Assembly: GCA_028534125.1 (NCBI GenBank) | Contig: CM052832.1 | Span: 16,866,001 to 16,930,000 of the forward strand | Length of the DNA: 64,000 nucleotides | From: Lama glama | Taxonomy: Eukaryota | Reading direction: 5' to 3' | Part shown: positions 38,001 to 64,000 of the stretch, piece by piece | Numbering within the stretch: position 1 is the first letter of the stretch | How the letters are laid out: the number at the start of each line of letters is the position of its first letter | Notes under the pieces: model-generated | What the model saw: the letters and a program-made list of their open reading frames with translations, nothing else | The model's database searches: none | Told to the model about the DNA's origin: nothing | Translations under genes and position numbers: made by a program

Positions 38001-38488
38001 ACCGCTATCCGGGTGCAAGATGCGCGGGCTGCAGAGTGCGGCCTGCAGGTCGGTCTGGTAGGCTCCCGGGCCGCGCCGTGAATCACTCCGCCCCCTGCCC
38101 TTCAAATCACCTCCAGGCACAGGTAACCGCGGAGACGCGGGCGAAATGAGGCCGCGCCTCGCCGCCCCAGCTTCAATCCCGCCTGCCCCCCGAGACCCGG
38201 GAGAACCGACCTCCAGTGTGCGCCAGGGCTGGCAGCCCCGCCCTCGGATCCCCGAGACCCCTGGCCCCTCCACGCGCCGCCCCGCACAGGTGGGAAGGCG
38301 CGGTGGGAGTCATTGCGCCTGCGCGGACCGAGCGCGCGCTCCGCCCCACGCGCCGGCTCTGAGGAGGGTCTCTCCCCGCCCCCTCTCCTCCCCTCCCGCT
38401 TCCCCTCTGCTCTCACCTGGGGACGAGCCTGGTAGGCACGGAGGCAGGGGCCCAAACGCCGGGCCGCCCCCCGGCTGGGCTGGTACAT
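35100..38488 (-). CDS. C6orf136: C6orf136 homologue (uncharacterised protein), 315 aa
   Basis: Exons 38488-38417, 37093-36692, 36401-36313, 36137-35937, 35361-35292, 35213-35100 total 948 nt. MYQPSRGAARRLGPCLRAYQARPQ/DQL...MEEHLAVMYERLRQELPNLFL...HPENWTLQARWRLVGLP...LCSKD*. Confidence 0.95.
35415..35582. mobile_element. MER5-like hAT DNA transposon relic
   Basis: cctaaactttgctacatattagaccacctgggg...cagatgattccactgtgcaacaaagtctgggaaccactg. Confidence 0.7.
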
Positions 38489-38820
38489 GATCTTCCGGGA
38501 GTGGAGAGAGCGCCTCCGGTGTCCGGCCTCCGGCCTCCTCACAGGGGTGAGCGCGCCCCGGAGCCGGCTTCTCGAAGGGGAAAGGAGGGGGGGTGAGGGA
38601 CTGAGGGCAGGGAAACGGGGATGTTGCGCGCTTGCGCACTGCGGCGGGTTCCAGGGAGGTGATGAGGCGCTGGTTCTGCAGTAAGTGCGCCTGCGCTCGC
38701 CGGACGGGCGGCTGCCTCAGAGCGCTTGCGCAGTAAATAAGCGGCCTTGAGCTCGGCTCACTTGTGGCGCTGGCGTAAAAGGGACGGACGATGGGGCTCA
38801 ACCGGCTGCACCGAGTGAGG
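37780..38820 (-). promoter_or_regulatory. C6orf136 CpG island/promoter
   Basis: Dense CpG around exon 1; several NRF1-like gcgcntgcgc motifs at ~38627-38730. Confidence 0.7.
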
Positions 38821-38880
38821 GGTGGAAATGAAATAATGACAATCACGTTTCTCAGAAACTCTCGTGATAAAAATAAATAC

Positions 38881-38886
38881 TTTATT
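38881..38886 (-). terminator. ATAT1 distal polyadenylation signal
   Basis: TTTATT on plus strand, 160 nt past stop 39046. Confidence 0.7.
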
Positions 38887-38939
38887 GCTCTGGTTAAAAA
38901 TAAGATACAAATGACTTGGCACGGATAAGAAAGCCTGTC

Positions 38940-38963
38940 GAATGAATGAATGAATGAATGAAT
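38940..38963. repeat. (GAAT)6 microsatellite
   Basis: Six perfect GAAT units read directly. Confidence 0.9.
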
Positions 38964-39045
38964 ACATTTAATACGAGGGCAGCCTTGGCCATGTCCTGCA
39001 GTGAGAGAAATAATACTGACTTTGAAGGTGTGAGGGGTGCTGCGG

Positions 39046-50697
<11,652 letters not shown>

Positions 50698-50916
50698 TCA
50701 GTGAACAGCTGGGGATGATGGGGACACGGTGCACCAGGTACAAGGGGCCACAGTGATCATGATAGAATGGCACAACTGTTCATCCAGGTGGCATCTGGTC
50801 CCAAGCATCCACTGGCAGACCTGGCTCAAGCCTGACCATTCCTTTTCCCACGGAAGCATCCACTGCCCCGCTCCCAAAGCATTCATCTGAAATTCAGTCC
50901 AGAGACAAGGTACAGC

Positions 50917-50922
50917 TTTATT
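50917..50922 (-). terminator. MRPS18B polyadenylation signal
   Basis: TTTATT on plus strand, ~265 nt past stop 51187. Confidence 0.65.
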
Positions 50923-51186
50923 GTGGAAAAACTCAGCTGGCACAGGTATGAAACAGTAACGGAATGGTTAGCCCATCTATTTACAATATAGAGGGCCTGG
51001 GGTTCCCCATATACTTCTGTACTGCCCTCCCTCAGCCTCAGATGTATTTTCTCTCTTTCACCAACAATCATTTTCTTTCTCTGGCTCTGGGCCTGCTGTT
51101 GGCCACAGAGTAGACACAACTCTTCAGGGTGAAATATTGTATTAGGGACCTCCCCCCCCTCCAGCTCCCATCTCAGTCTACAGCGC

Positions 51187-55607
<4,421 letters not shown>

Positions 55608-56235
55608 CCTGACGTACGAACAAAGCAGGAAAAGGCCGGAGAAGCGACTGCGCATGCGCCAGGAAGCTGACTAGGGTAGGGCCAAGGACGGGCCTGCAGT
55701 GCGGAGGGCGGCTGCGCATCTGCGTCAGGACGGAAGCGTGAAGGGGGGGCGGGCAGAGGGAGAAGCCAATTTAAACTGCGTCACAATCGAATTCGGCCTC
55801 AAAATTACGTTTTCTCTGAACCAGTCACTACGACTCTTAGATCCCATTCTTAGAGTTTGTATTTTATGCAATTTTGAACTCGATTTTGACCGAGATCTTC
55901 TCACTGCGCATGCGCCCGTCCGATTCTACCAACCCAGGGTGAGAACTGTTCTCGAAGGCGGAAGTGGTGGAAGCAGAGGAAAGGGAGGTGCTAGGCCGCC
56001 GGTCACGCGCACGCTTTGGGGGGCCAGGAAGGAGGCGGAAGAAGGTGCATGGGGGAAGGGGCTGAGCGAAGGGGAAGGCAGGGTAGCCAATTAGCTGGCG
56101 AGTTGTCTTTCTGGTTGACCAATGAATTCACGCCTCGCGCACAACGTCTCTCGACAAGGGCGTTTCACTAGCACGTTTGGGCGCGTTGGGCGGCGTCCGG
56201 GTATAAAAGACTCCGCCCGAGCGGACAGCCGCCAT
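55608..56235. promoter_or_regulatory. Bidirectional MRPS18B/PPP1R10 CpG promoter
   Basis: NRF1 tgcgcatgcgc at 55649-55659 and 55905-55915; GABP cggaagtg at 55959-55966; CCAAT at 55766, 56087, 56119; TATAAAA at 56202-56208; YY1-like gccgccatt at 56228-56236. Confidence 0.85.
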
Positions 56236-57000
56236 TCTGGGGTTCGTTTAGAGGTAAGTTTCGGTATTTTGTCGGTTAGAGGGTAAAATTTTGCTCCGAG
56301 AGTTGGCCTAGGAGACGGGTTAGACATGGGCTCAGCTAAGAGCCATGACTTGTATAAAGCGGCTGTGTTCGGGGTGGGACGTGGAGGTGTTTGGGAACAA
56401 CAGAAGTGGTACTTCTGGGTGTTAAGAGCAACCCGTGCTGATTATATCTTTCTCCTTTGTGTTCTTTCATCCCAGGTTTGAATTTTCTCGGAGAAAGACA
56501 GGCCGGCCACGAGGAAAAACGAAACAAGCCGCAGCAACATCTAAGCCCTTGAAAGGATCCTGAGGGGGGAAAGGGAAAACAGCAGCCACCAGCCCAACCA
56601 CTTGTGTCTTCTGCCCCTTCCCACCTATCTTGTCCACCCCACCAGCCCACGCTGCTTGGGACTTGAAATCTGTGGCCGAAGGACCGTCACCACATAACTT
56701 CAAAAATAATCAACCACCCACCCTTCCCAAACCCACCCAAATTCACTCATCCAGCGTTTACTTTTTTGAATCCACTCAGAACTTTTTTTTCTACGACCCC
56801 CCCTCCCTAAATGGAGTTGGGTGGGGGGAGAAATGAATACTGAGTTGGCCTTTATTTTTTTAAAGAGACTTTTTGATCCAATGAGGCCCCCCAAATAATT
56901 GAGTTTTGGGTCCTGGTTGGTTGTTTTATTTTTTTTCTCCAAAATTTTAACCCCCTCCCCCCCTGAGCCCGAGGTGCTGACGTCGCAAAAAAATTGGATA
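56234..57000 (+). other. PPP1R10: PPP1R10 non-coding 5' exons (~56234-56253 and 56476-57000)
   Basis: Donor gag|gtaagt after 56253, acceptor cccag| before 56476, donor ata|gtaagt after 57000. TSS inferred ~30 nt downstream of TATA. Confidence 0.7.
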
Positions 57001-60000
57001 GTAAGTGTCGAATTTTCAAAAACCAGCCTTGCAACAAGAAATCAACGTTTCCCGTTGTGAAACCAAAAATAATGAGAGGAAGAAATGAGACCATAGAACA
57101 AATAGAGAACTGGAGAAGGACCAATCCGGTCACTTGATCTCCATTAAAAAGGGCCTTTGGGTCTAAACAGTGGTGTTCTCTCCCCTACCACCTACCTCTT
57201 CCCTGCCCTGGTGCAGACGAGGAGAGGGTGGAGGGAGGGCCAGCAAGTTAGGATTTTGATGGTTAACCCTTGGTAATCCAGTCAATTTTCCAGACTGCCA
57301 AAGCCATAAGTGTTTGCTTATTATAAGGAGGAACGGCTACCTTCCTCTTGTTAGCAGTCTTCAAAAGGGTTAATGAGCTCACATACAAAAGATGGTGGAT
57401 CTTGTGGCCCAGAAGTCCCACTTCTTTGTGTGTGAGACAAGCAGGGCACCTTTCAATTTGCCAGAGTAATAAGCAATCTGTACATAAAGATTGCAGGGTA
57501 AGGAAATGGGCAGAGAAATAGTAGTTGGCTATGACTTTTAAATGATTGTTAACTCCTCTCAATTTTAATGTAATTTGCTTGGGATATATTTGTGTGGTTA
57601 ATATAGGTGGCAATCTAGGAATAAAGATTGCAAGACACTTAATTCAGGGCAAAATATAATCTTAGTGCCAATACATACAAGATAATATTAGTTGGGGAGG
57701 TAAAAATGTCTTGTAATTGTTGCAGATTGCATAGGTTATTTAAAAGCAAAAGAAGTGATTAACATTTTAACTTGATACTTTTTGGTGGGGGGAAATACAG
57801 TTAAGTAGAGGGTGGAAAGTTTGGGGAAATGTGGAATTCAGGAGTATAATTTTAAAAGCCATTTAGTGCAATTGAATGCTAGCTTTCTAAAAGATTTGTG
57901 TCGTTAAAAGGAATTTTTTTCTTCCCTGCTTCAATATGGCGACTTTCTTTGTCCTTTGTCTTCCAAGCGGCGTTGCAGGTTGTGTCTTGACCCATTTTTT
58001 TCCTGTCCTCCCACCTCAACCCTATTTGTTGAGAGGGGTCCAAGTCCTCCCCCTTTCCCTTTATAGGGAGGATGGGGGTGGTCGATGGTAGCAGATTGAA
58101 CCTCGATTGCAAATTCAGTTCTTAGCCGCAGAAAATTGTTCTTTTTAATATTTTAATTGCTTTTATTTTCACAACGGCTCTTACTGATTCAAAGTAGATC
58201 AAAGACGATTCAAGATCGGGGTCTGGTTTTTGTTTTGTTTTTGTTTTTGTTTTACTAAAAAGGGATTTTTCTTAATGTAGAAAGTTACCGGCAGAGGATA
58301 GCTTTGTAAGTTGGAGTCCTCTTCTCCATTACAAAATGGCGTCCCTGCTTCTTTGTTGTTTTTCTCCCCCTTTTGCCATCCGGAGCTTAGGGCCGCCCTA
58401 GAAACTTGGTCAAGGGGGAGGAGCAGCATTGAAAGGTGATGTAATCAGCTTTCTTCCTCTCCACCCTCTTGAAACTCCACCCCTGAGCAGATGCCTTCTG
58501 GACTCCCTGTGCACGCTGCTGCTAGACAGGAAAAGCCATTTTCCTTATTTTCTTTACAGTCTTTTACAACCTTTATCTTAAAAGGAAAAAAGCTTATAGG
58601 AATTAGGTCTTGAAGCTGTCCGTCTCCTTGGGCACCTCTAGTTTTTATGTGTAACAATCCAGAGCCTGTTACTTTAATTTTCACCTTTCATTCATCACAA
58701 CTGCTTGGAAGTTTTCCCGCTTCAGTTGCCAGGGGTGGAAAACCAGTGAAACAGCTGTACTTTAAGGCTGGAAGCTTTTGGGTGGAGTGTGTGTGTGAGT
58801 GTGTGTCCGTCTGTGTGTGTTGGAAGATAACTGGGGAAAGACACAAGGGCTTGTGAAAGAGTAACTGGAATAGACAACTGGGGCCTAACGACAGTGAACT
58901 GTGCCATTTCTGTTCAGGAACCAGTCCTTGGGCCTCCTGCAGTTTGTATAATGAGACTGGCGGAGAGTGGGTACTTGAGGACTTTCTTCTAAATCGCCCT
59001 TATTCCCGCCTCTGGCTTTGGGGGTCACCTCTTTGTGTGCAGTGCTGTATCACGTTCTCCAGTTGCTTAGCTCCTGTACATTGGTACTAGGATGAGAAGT
59101 GACTTTAGGAAAGGAGGCGGCAGTTGTAAACTCGAGGCAGGGGGAATCAAGCTACGGTTTCTGGTAAGCAAAACCTTTCTAGTATTACATTTCACGACCT
59201 TCATTTCTTTTTTCCAAAGAGTCACCCTTTTTGAATTTCTTTTCCTTCCCTTCTAAAAGAAATTTCTTAAAGACAATGGGAAAATAATGTTCTCTTCGTT
59301 TTTCAACTTGTACAGTGCTGTAGCAGTTGGTGCATGTTCGAGAGCCATGCCCTACCTGAGGGTGGTTTTGGGTGTCCTGTCCCTTTCTTACCTTTCTTCC
59401 TCCAATTTTCTCAAAGTCACATCTTTATTAGACTCCAGGTACTTTTCATTTTTTAAAGTCCTGCCCTGAAGCATAGCAATTCTGGGCAGAATTGGAAAGC
59501 CATTTTGTGCAGCTGTTCTGTGGGGACTTGGGGAGACTTCAGGGCTAGTTTTCTACTGGGTCCAGATTTTCAAATTACTTAAGCTTCTGGATTGGTTGGG
59601 AGGGAATCTTCCACATGTCCTATTGACCACAAGTTTTTTATCTTTTAAGCAGTTTGCCCTGTGCCTTCGCAGCATACCTTCCTTGGGAGCTGAACATTCT
59701 ACCCACTGGGGTTCCTGATTTCTAGTGAGCAGGGGATTAATAAAGAAGATCTACTTTAACATGGGAGATGGGAACAAAGGTCTTCTAGGGAAACCACATC
59801 CATCCAGAGAACCTCGGAGAACCTGATCCTTGTAGTTTGTGGCCAGAGTTCTATCCTGGGATCCTGTCCTATGGTGGGGGGTGGGGGGCGGGGGGGGAGT
59901 GGATTTTACACCCTTATTGGAAGGCAAATAATCTTTGGGGGAGGGCATCTGCTTATCAGGTTTTGAGAATGATTTTGAGGGATGGGGGCTTGTGAATCAC

Positions 60001-63000
60001 CTGAGAGACATAATTCAAACCACTGTTGAGTTGGTGTAGGAAGTGCTTCAATTACTGAGGAGAGGGAGGGGAACATAAGGGGGTAGTTACAAAGCATTTC
60101 ATTTCCAGATGTGCCAAGGCCTGTAAGTTAAGGTAAACTTTGGCTCCTCCCTCTTGTTAGAAGACTCTTGTGATTGTTTTTAAACTTGTATAGAGTTTTT
60201 GTCCTGAACCAGTTCAGTTCTGTTTCATTGGTGATGGGTATGGAATAACTGGTTAAGCTAGGCATTTTTCATCTTATTTAATTGAATAACCCTCAAGTCA
60301 AATTCATGTTGGAGGCAGGAGTTGGTGTCACCTCTGGACTTAATTTTCTGTCTGATAGGAGAGGTAGAAGATCCCCCCCCCCACCCGTGCCTTCTGTCAG
60401 TGCACGTCTCTGCTGGCAGCATCCTCCCTAAGGAGAGTCCAGCTTAGGACAAAGTGGAAAAAATGTTCCTCCCCACCTCAGCCCCCAGCTTCTGTACGTT
60501 CTTCCTTCAAGGAAGTTAAAACATACCATGCCTTGGATTGTTTTGGATCCAGAAAGCTTCCTCAAGCTTTCCTTCCAGGCTCCAGACACTTGGTCACTGC
60601 CCCTCCCTCCCTGGTCAGCTCATTTGCCTTTTCTGCTGTGGGCCTGTGCCAGGAATTTGGGCTCTTCATTCCTTTCCACTTGAGTGCTTTGGAACTTCTT
60701 TCCAAATGTACTGACTTCAGAATAAGGAAATTAGGTTGTAAGACACTTGGGGTCCTTAATTTTAAAGGCGTGAAAACTGCACTGGAGGAAAGCCATCATG
60801 AGGAAACCCAGTAGTGTTTTACCCCATGATTGGTGCTCATGAGACAAAATTTAGTTTTGTTAATTATATTTACAGAATATAAATAATAGGAATGTAGTGG
60901 AAAATGAATATTTAACATTTCTTTGTCTGCGAGCTTCCCTCGACTATTAATGTCTTTTATTCTGGTTTGCTGTGAATGGGAATTAAAAAGTTGTCCCTGG
61001 GTCCCATTCCCAGCAGAAGGCACTGGACCGAGTTTAGCTAAGTACTCGCTGGTTTCTTTTCTCTCTAAAAATGGTTCTCTCATCTCCCACCCTGTTAAGC
61101 AAAGGAACATTTGAGCTCAAGGGACAGTTTTTGTTTCTGAAGGAAGTAGGGGTAGCAGGCCTGCTGGCTTAACTGGTAGGTGGATATGCAAGAGGGACTT
61201 CTCCAAGGTGCTGTAATTCAGCTCTGTGGGGCCAGCTGTATTTAGGGGGCACTGGTTTGAAGTGAAGTTAGTTTAATTGAAGGCTTTTTGTCACATTGCA
61301 TATATTTTGGTTGCTGGTGATATATGTTGTTCCTCTGGATTTGTTCATTGCTTTTCCAGTCTGCAGCAGGTGGGAAATCTGTTTTATGTATCCCTTTGTT
61401 CTCTCTTTATGGTGTCTTACTACAGGGGGCAAATTCCTTTATCCCCAAGTCTGTCTCTTTGTAAGAGTCACCTCATTTAAGTGGATTTGGCCCATGGACT
61501 TCTCATTTTCTGGTATTTGACTTGAATGTTTTTTCCTCTGACCTCAGGTTCTGCCTGTGCTCGTGGAGATTCCAGGGCAGCAGCAACAGCACAGTTAACT
61601 CACGTTTGCTCACCTCTCAGCATTCAGCCCACGAACCCAGTTTCCTCCCTCCCCTCCCCCCACCTCCTCTTCCCTGGGCTGTTAGGACCTGTGAATGTAG
61701 AAGTGTATTGACCTTGTTGGGATGATTAAAAGGCTGAGATTGGTATGCTTGTTTTTCTCTTTTGGTTTGAGAACAGATAGAAGTAATTGACACGATCTTG
61801 TAAGAAACCTGTTTCCTTTTCTGCAGAAAATACAGTCATCTTTGTAAAACACTGCTTTTCCCACCCTTCTGCTGGGCTCAGGCCTGTTATTTCTGTGCTA
61901 GATGTGGGGTGAAGGGGGCTCTTTACCCCTTGCCTCCTTCCTGCCCAGTGTGCATCTTATTTCCCAAAGGTCGATATTACTAAGCTGGCTTTCTTTTCTG
62001 CTTCCTAGAAGCCACTGTTCAGAGGCATTGTGGATAGAAATCCTAATCAGAACCATATTGATTCTAATTACCTGTCTTGAACTTGGGTTTTGTCCTAGAC
62101 ATTGCGTCACATGTCTCTGTCCTGTAACAGCTGTGTTTAGCTTTTAATTAACTCCTAACCTGGGCTAAAGTAGCTACTTAAAATTTAATGGCATTTTCCC
62201 AGCTTCTGGTTTTATCTGTTCATTCTTTTTGGTTCCATGATTATTAATTTCAGGCTTTCCTTGGGGATCTTGGGTGGTGGTGTGATTTAGGTCTGGGATA
62301 GGGGTCAGATTTACATCTTTGCTTTTGAAACCATAAACCAGTCTTACCCTTAACTTTGAAAGAGTGAAAACTTGTGCAGTGTTTGTAATGAGTGACATTC
62401 TATTCAGGGCTTAGGAGGACCTACTTGATTTTCTTTGCATCCATTTGTCTCTTTCTGGGAACTATGCCGTAACTCACATTGGGGAGGGGTTCTGTTTTCG
62501 AGTTTTGTTTCCTTCTCTTTCTCCTACATCTTTAGCCAATTGACTCGGGTGCAAGCAGGACATATCCTGCCACTTGTGGGGATTGACTATGGACTAAGAT
62601 AGAAAGGAATTGACTCTTAGAAGACACTTAGCCCAAGCACTCACGATTGGCCCAACTCTTATCGAGCTATAGTTTTTTTTTTTCTTTAAGGCAGATTCAT
62701 CAGCAGCTAAGGAGAAACAGGACCTAATAAGCAAAAATGCCTTGGAGAGTTGAGCATCTGTTTTGGGAATGTGGATCTTAGCCCTGATACAGCCTAGTGA
62801 AGTTGGGCTCCTAGGAAGGCTGTAGCTAGGTGTGAGAGAAGAGGCTGCCTCAGTCCTCCCACCTAGTTGTCTTCCCCTTCCGTCGTGTTTAACACCAGCC
62901 TTCCCTTGCCAGGGCTGTTTTCTTAGGAGTGACAGTGGTTTGTGGATTTTTCCTAGAAAATGGTGTGTGTAGTGGAATATAGGTTGAATAATCAGTCACT

Positions 63001-63110
63001 AGTAATCTGACAGATGTAGAGATGCGCTTTATTAGAGGGCAGCTGGAACTGTCCTTGCCACCCATTAATCTGTGGGTTTGTTTTGTCCTTTCATCTTAGA
63101 AGCCTTGATC

Positions 63111-63217
63111 ATGGGTTCGGGTCCCATAGACCCCAAAGAGCTTCTCAAGGGCCTGGATAGCTTCCTTAACCGAGATGGGGAAGTCAAGAGTGTGGATGGG
63201 ATTTCGAAGATCTTCAG
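63111..63217 (+). CDS. PPP1R10: PP1 regulatory subunit 10 (PNUTS), first coding exon; 3'-partial
   Basis: Acceptor ttag| before 63100, ATG at 63111, [35 protein letters not shown](S), donor cag|gtgagt after 63217. Too short for the ORF track. Confidence 0.93.
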
Positions 63218-63358
63218 GTGAGTGTGCCCTTTGAATTCACTGTGAGTAGAGGATCTTGTATGTTGTAATATGACTGTAATTAAGGCAGACAGCAGTGAGC
63301 TCAGTTCCTTGGGAGGAAAGGGAGTGTCAGTGGAATAGGATTCAAATCAATTATTTTA

Positions 63359-63646
63359 TTTTATATTTAATTTTATTTTTTTAATTGAAGTATAGTCAGT
63401 TTACAATGTTGTGTCAACTTCTTATGTACAGCATAATGTTTTAGTCATACATATACATATATATATACATATTCACGTTCTTTTTCATTATAGGTTATAA
63501 GATATTGAATATAGTTCCCTGTACTATACAGTAGAAGCTTGTTTATTTATATATAGTAATGTGTAACTGCAGATCTTGAACTCCCAATTTATCCCTTCCC
63601 ACCCCTCTTTCCCCCCCCGTGACTGATAAGAAAAAACAGAAAAAAC
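63359..63646 (-). mobile_element. L1 3' end fragment with target-site duplication
   Basis: ttaattgaagtatagtcagtttacaatgttgtg...gatattgaatatagttccctgtactatacagtag. 12-bp TSD tcaattatttta at 63347-63358 and 63647-63658. Confidence 0.85.
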
Positions 63647-64000
63647 TCAATTATTTTAAAACTAGTTGATCCCTCCGCCCCTGGCCATAATGGGATCTGG
63701 ATATTTGGAGATCAATGGTTCCCAGGGAAGAAAGGAAGCAGGGGAGCCAGGTGACAAAAGTTTTGGGTCACTACATGCCCCCAGATGTCAGTTTCCTTCA
63801 GGGCTCCTCAAGTTCAGGAGAGGCACATGACTAAGGCAGGCCTGATCAGAATACAGAGAGGCAGTGATTGAAGGGTAGGGCTTGTTTCCTGGGTGTCAGG
63901 GAAGCAGTGATGCTCATCTCCCCAGATAGCAGACTTCAGTCCATCTCCTTGGTTGTCTTCCATCCTTCTGTGGGTTTCTGTGTCACTCCCGATCCAACCC

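Noticed and set aside
59874..59898. G-runs with quadruplex potential (also ~13733-13793 and ~39875-39896)
   Set aside because: Common in GC-rich introns; nothing specific supports function.

Overview
Mammalian genomic DNA from the conserved gene-dense MHC class I framework region. The short tRNA-derived SINEs and young L1 3' tails suggest a camelid; this is inference from recalled repeat sequences, not a database match. Exons were reconstructed by hand from GT-AG junctions and codon phase. Plus strand: the 3' part of MDC1, NRM (262 aa), PPP1R18/phostensin (612 aa), DHX16 (20 exons, 1045 aa) and the 5' end of PPP1R10/PNUTS. Minus strand: C6orf136 (315 aa), ATAT1 (421/333/323-aa C-terminal isoforms) and MRPS18B (258 aa), which shares a bidirectional promoter with PPP1R10. 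Gene order matches the human region as I recall it, and all completely visible frames are intact. I found no clearly new gene system. The most unusual signals are small and concern RNA processing: (1) a 62-nt near-perfect copy of DHX16 exon 12 sitting in the 3' splice site of exon 17; (2) a strong out-of-frame competing donor after that same exon; (3) two candidate poison/relic exons and a UUAGGG cluster in ATAT1; (4) a perfect 18-bp hairpin in DHX16 intron 4; (5) a frameshifted long C6orf136 exon-1 extension.
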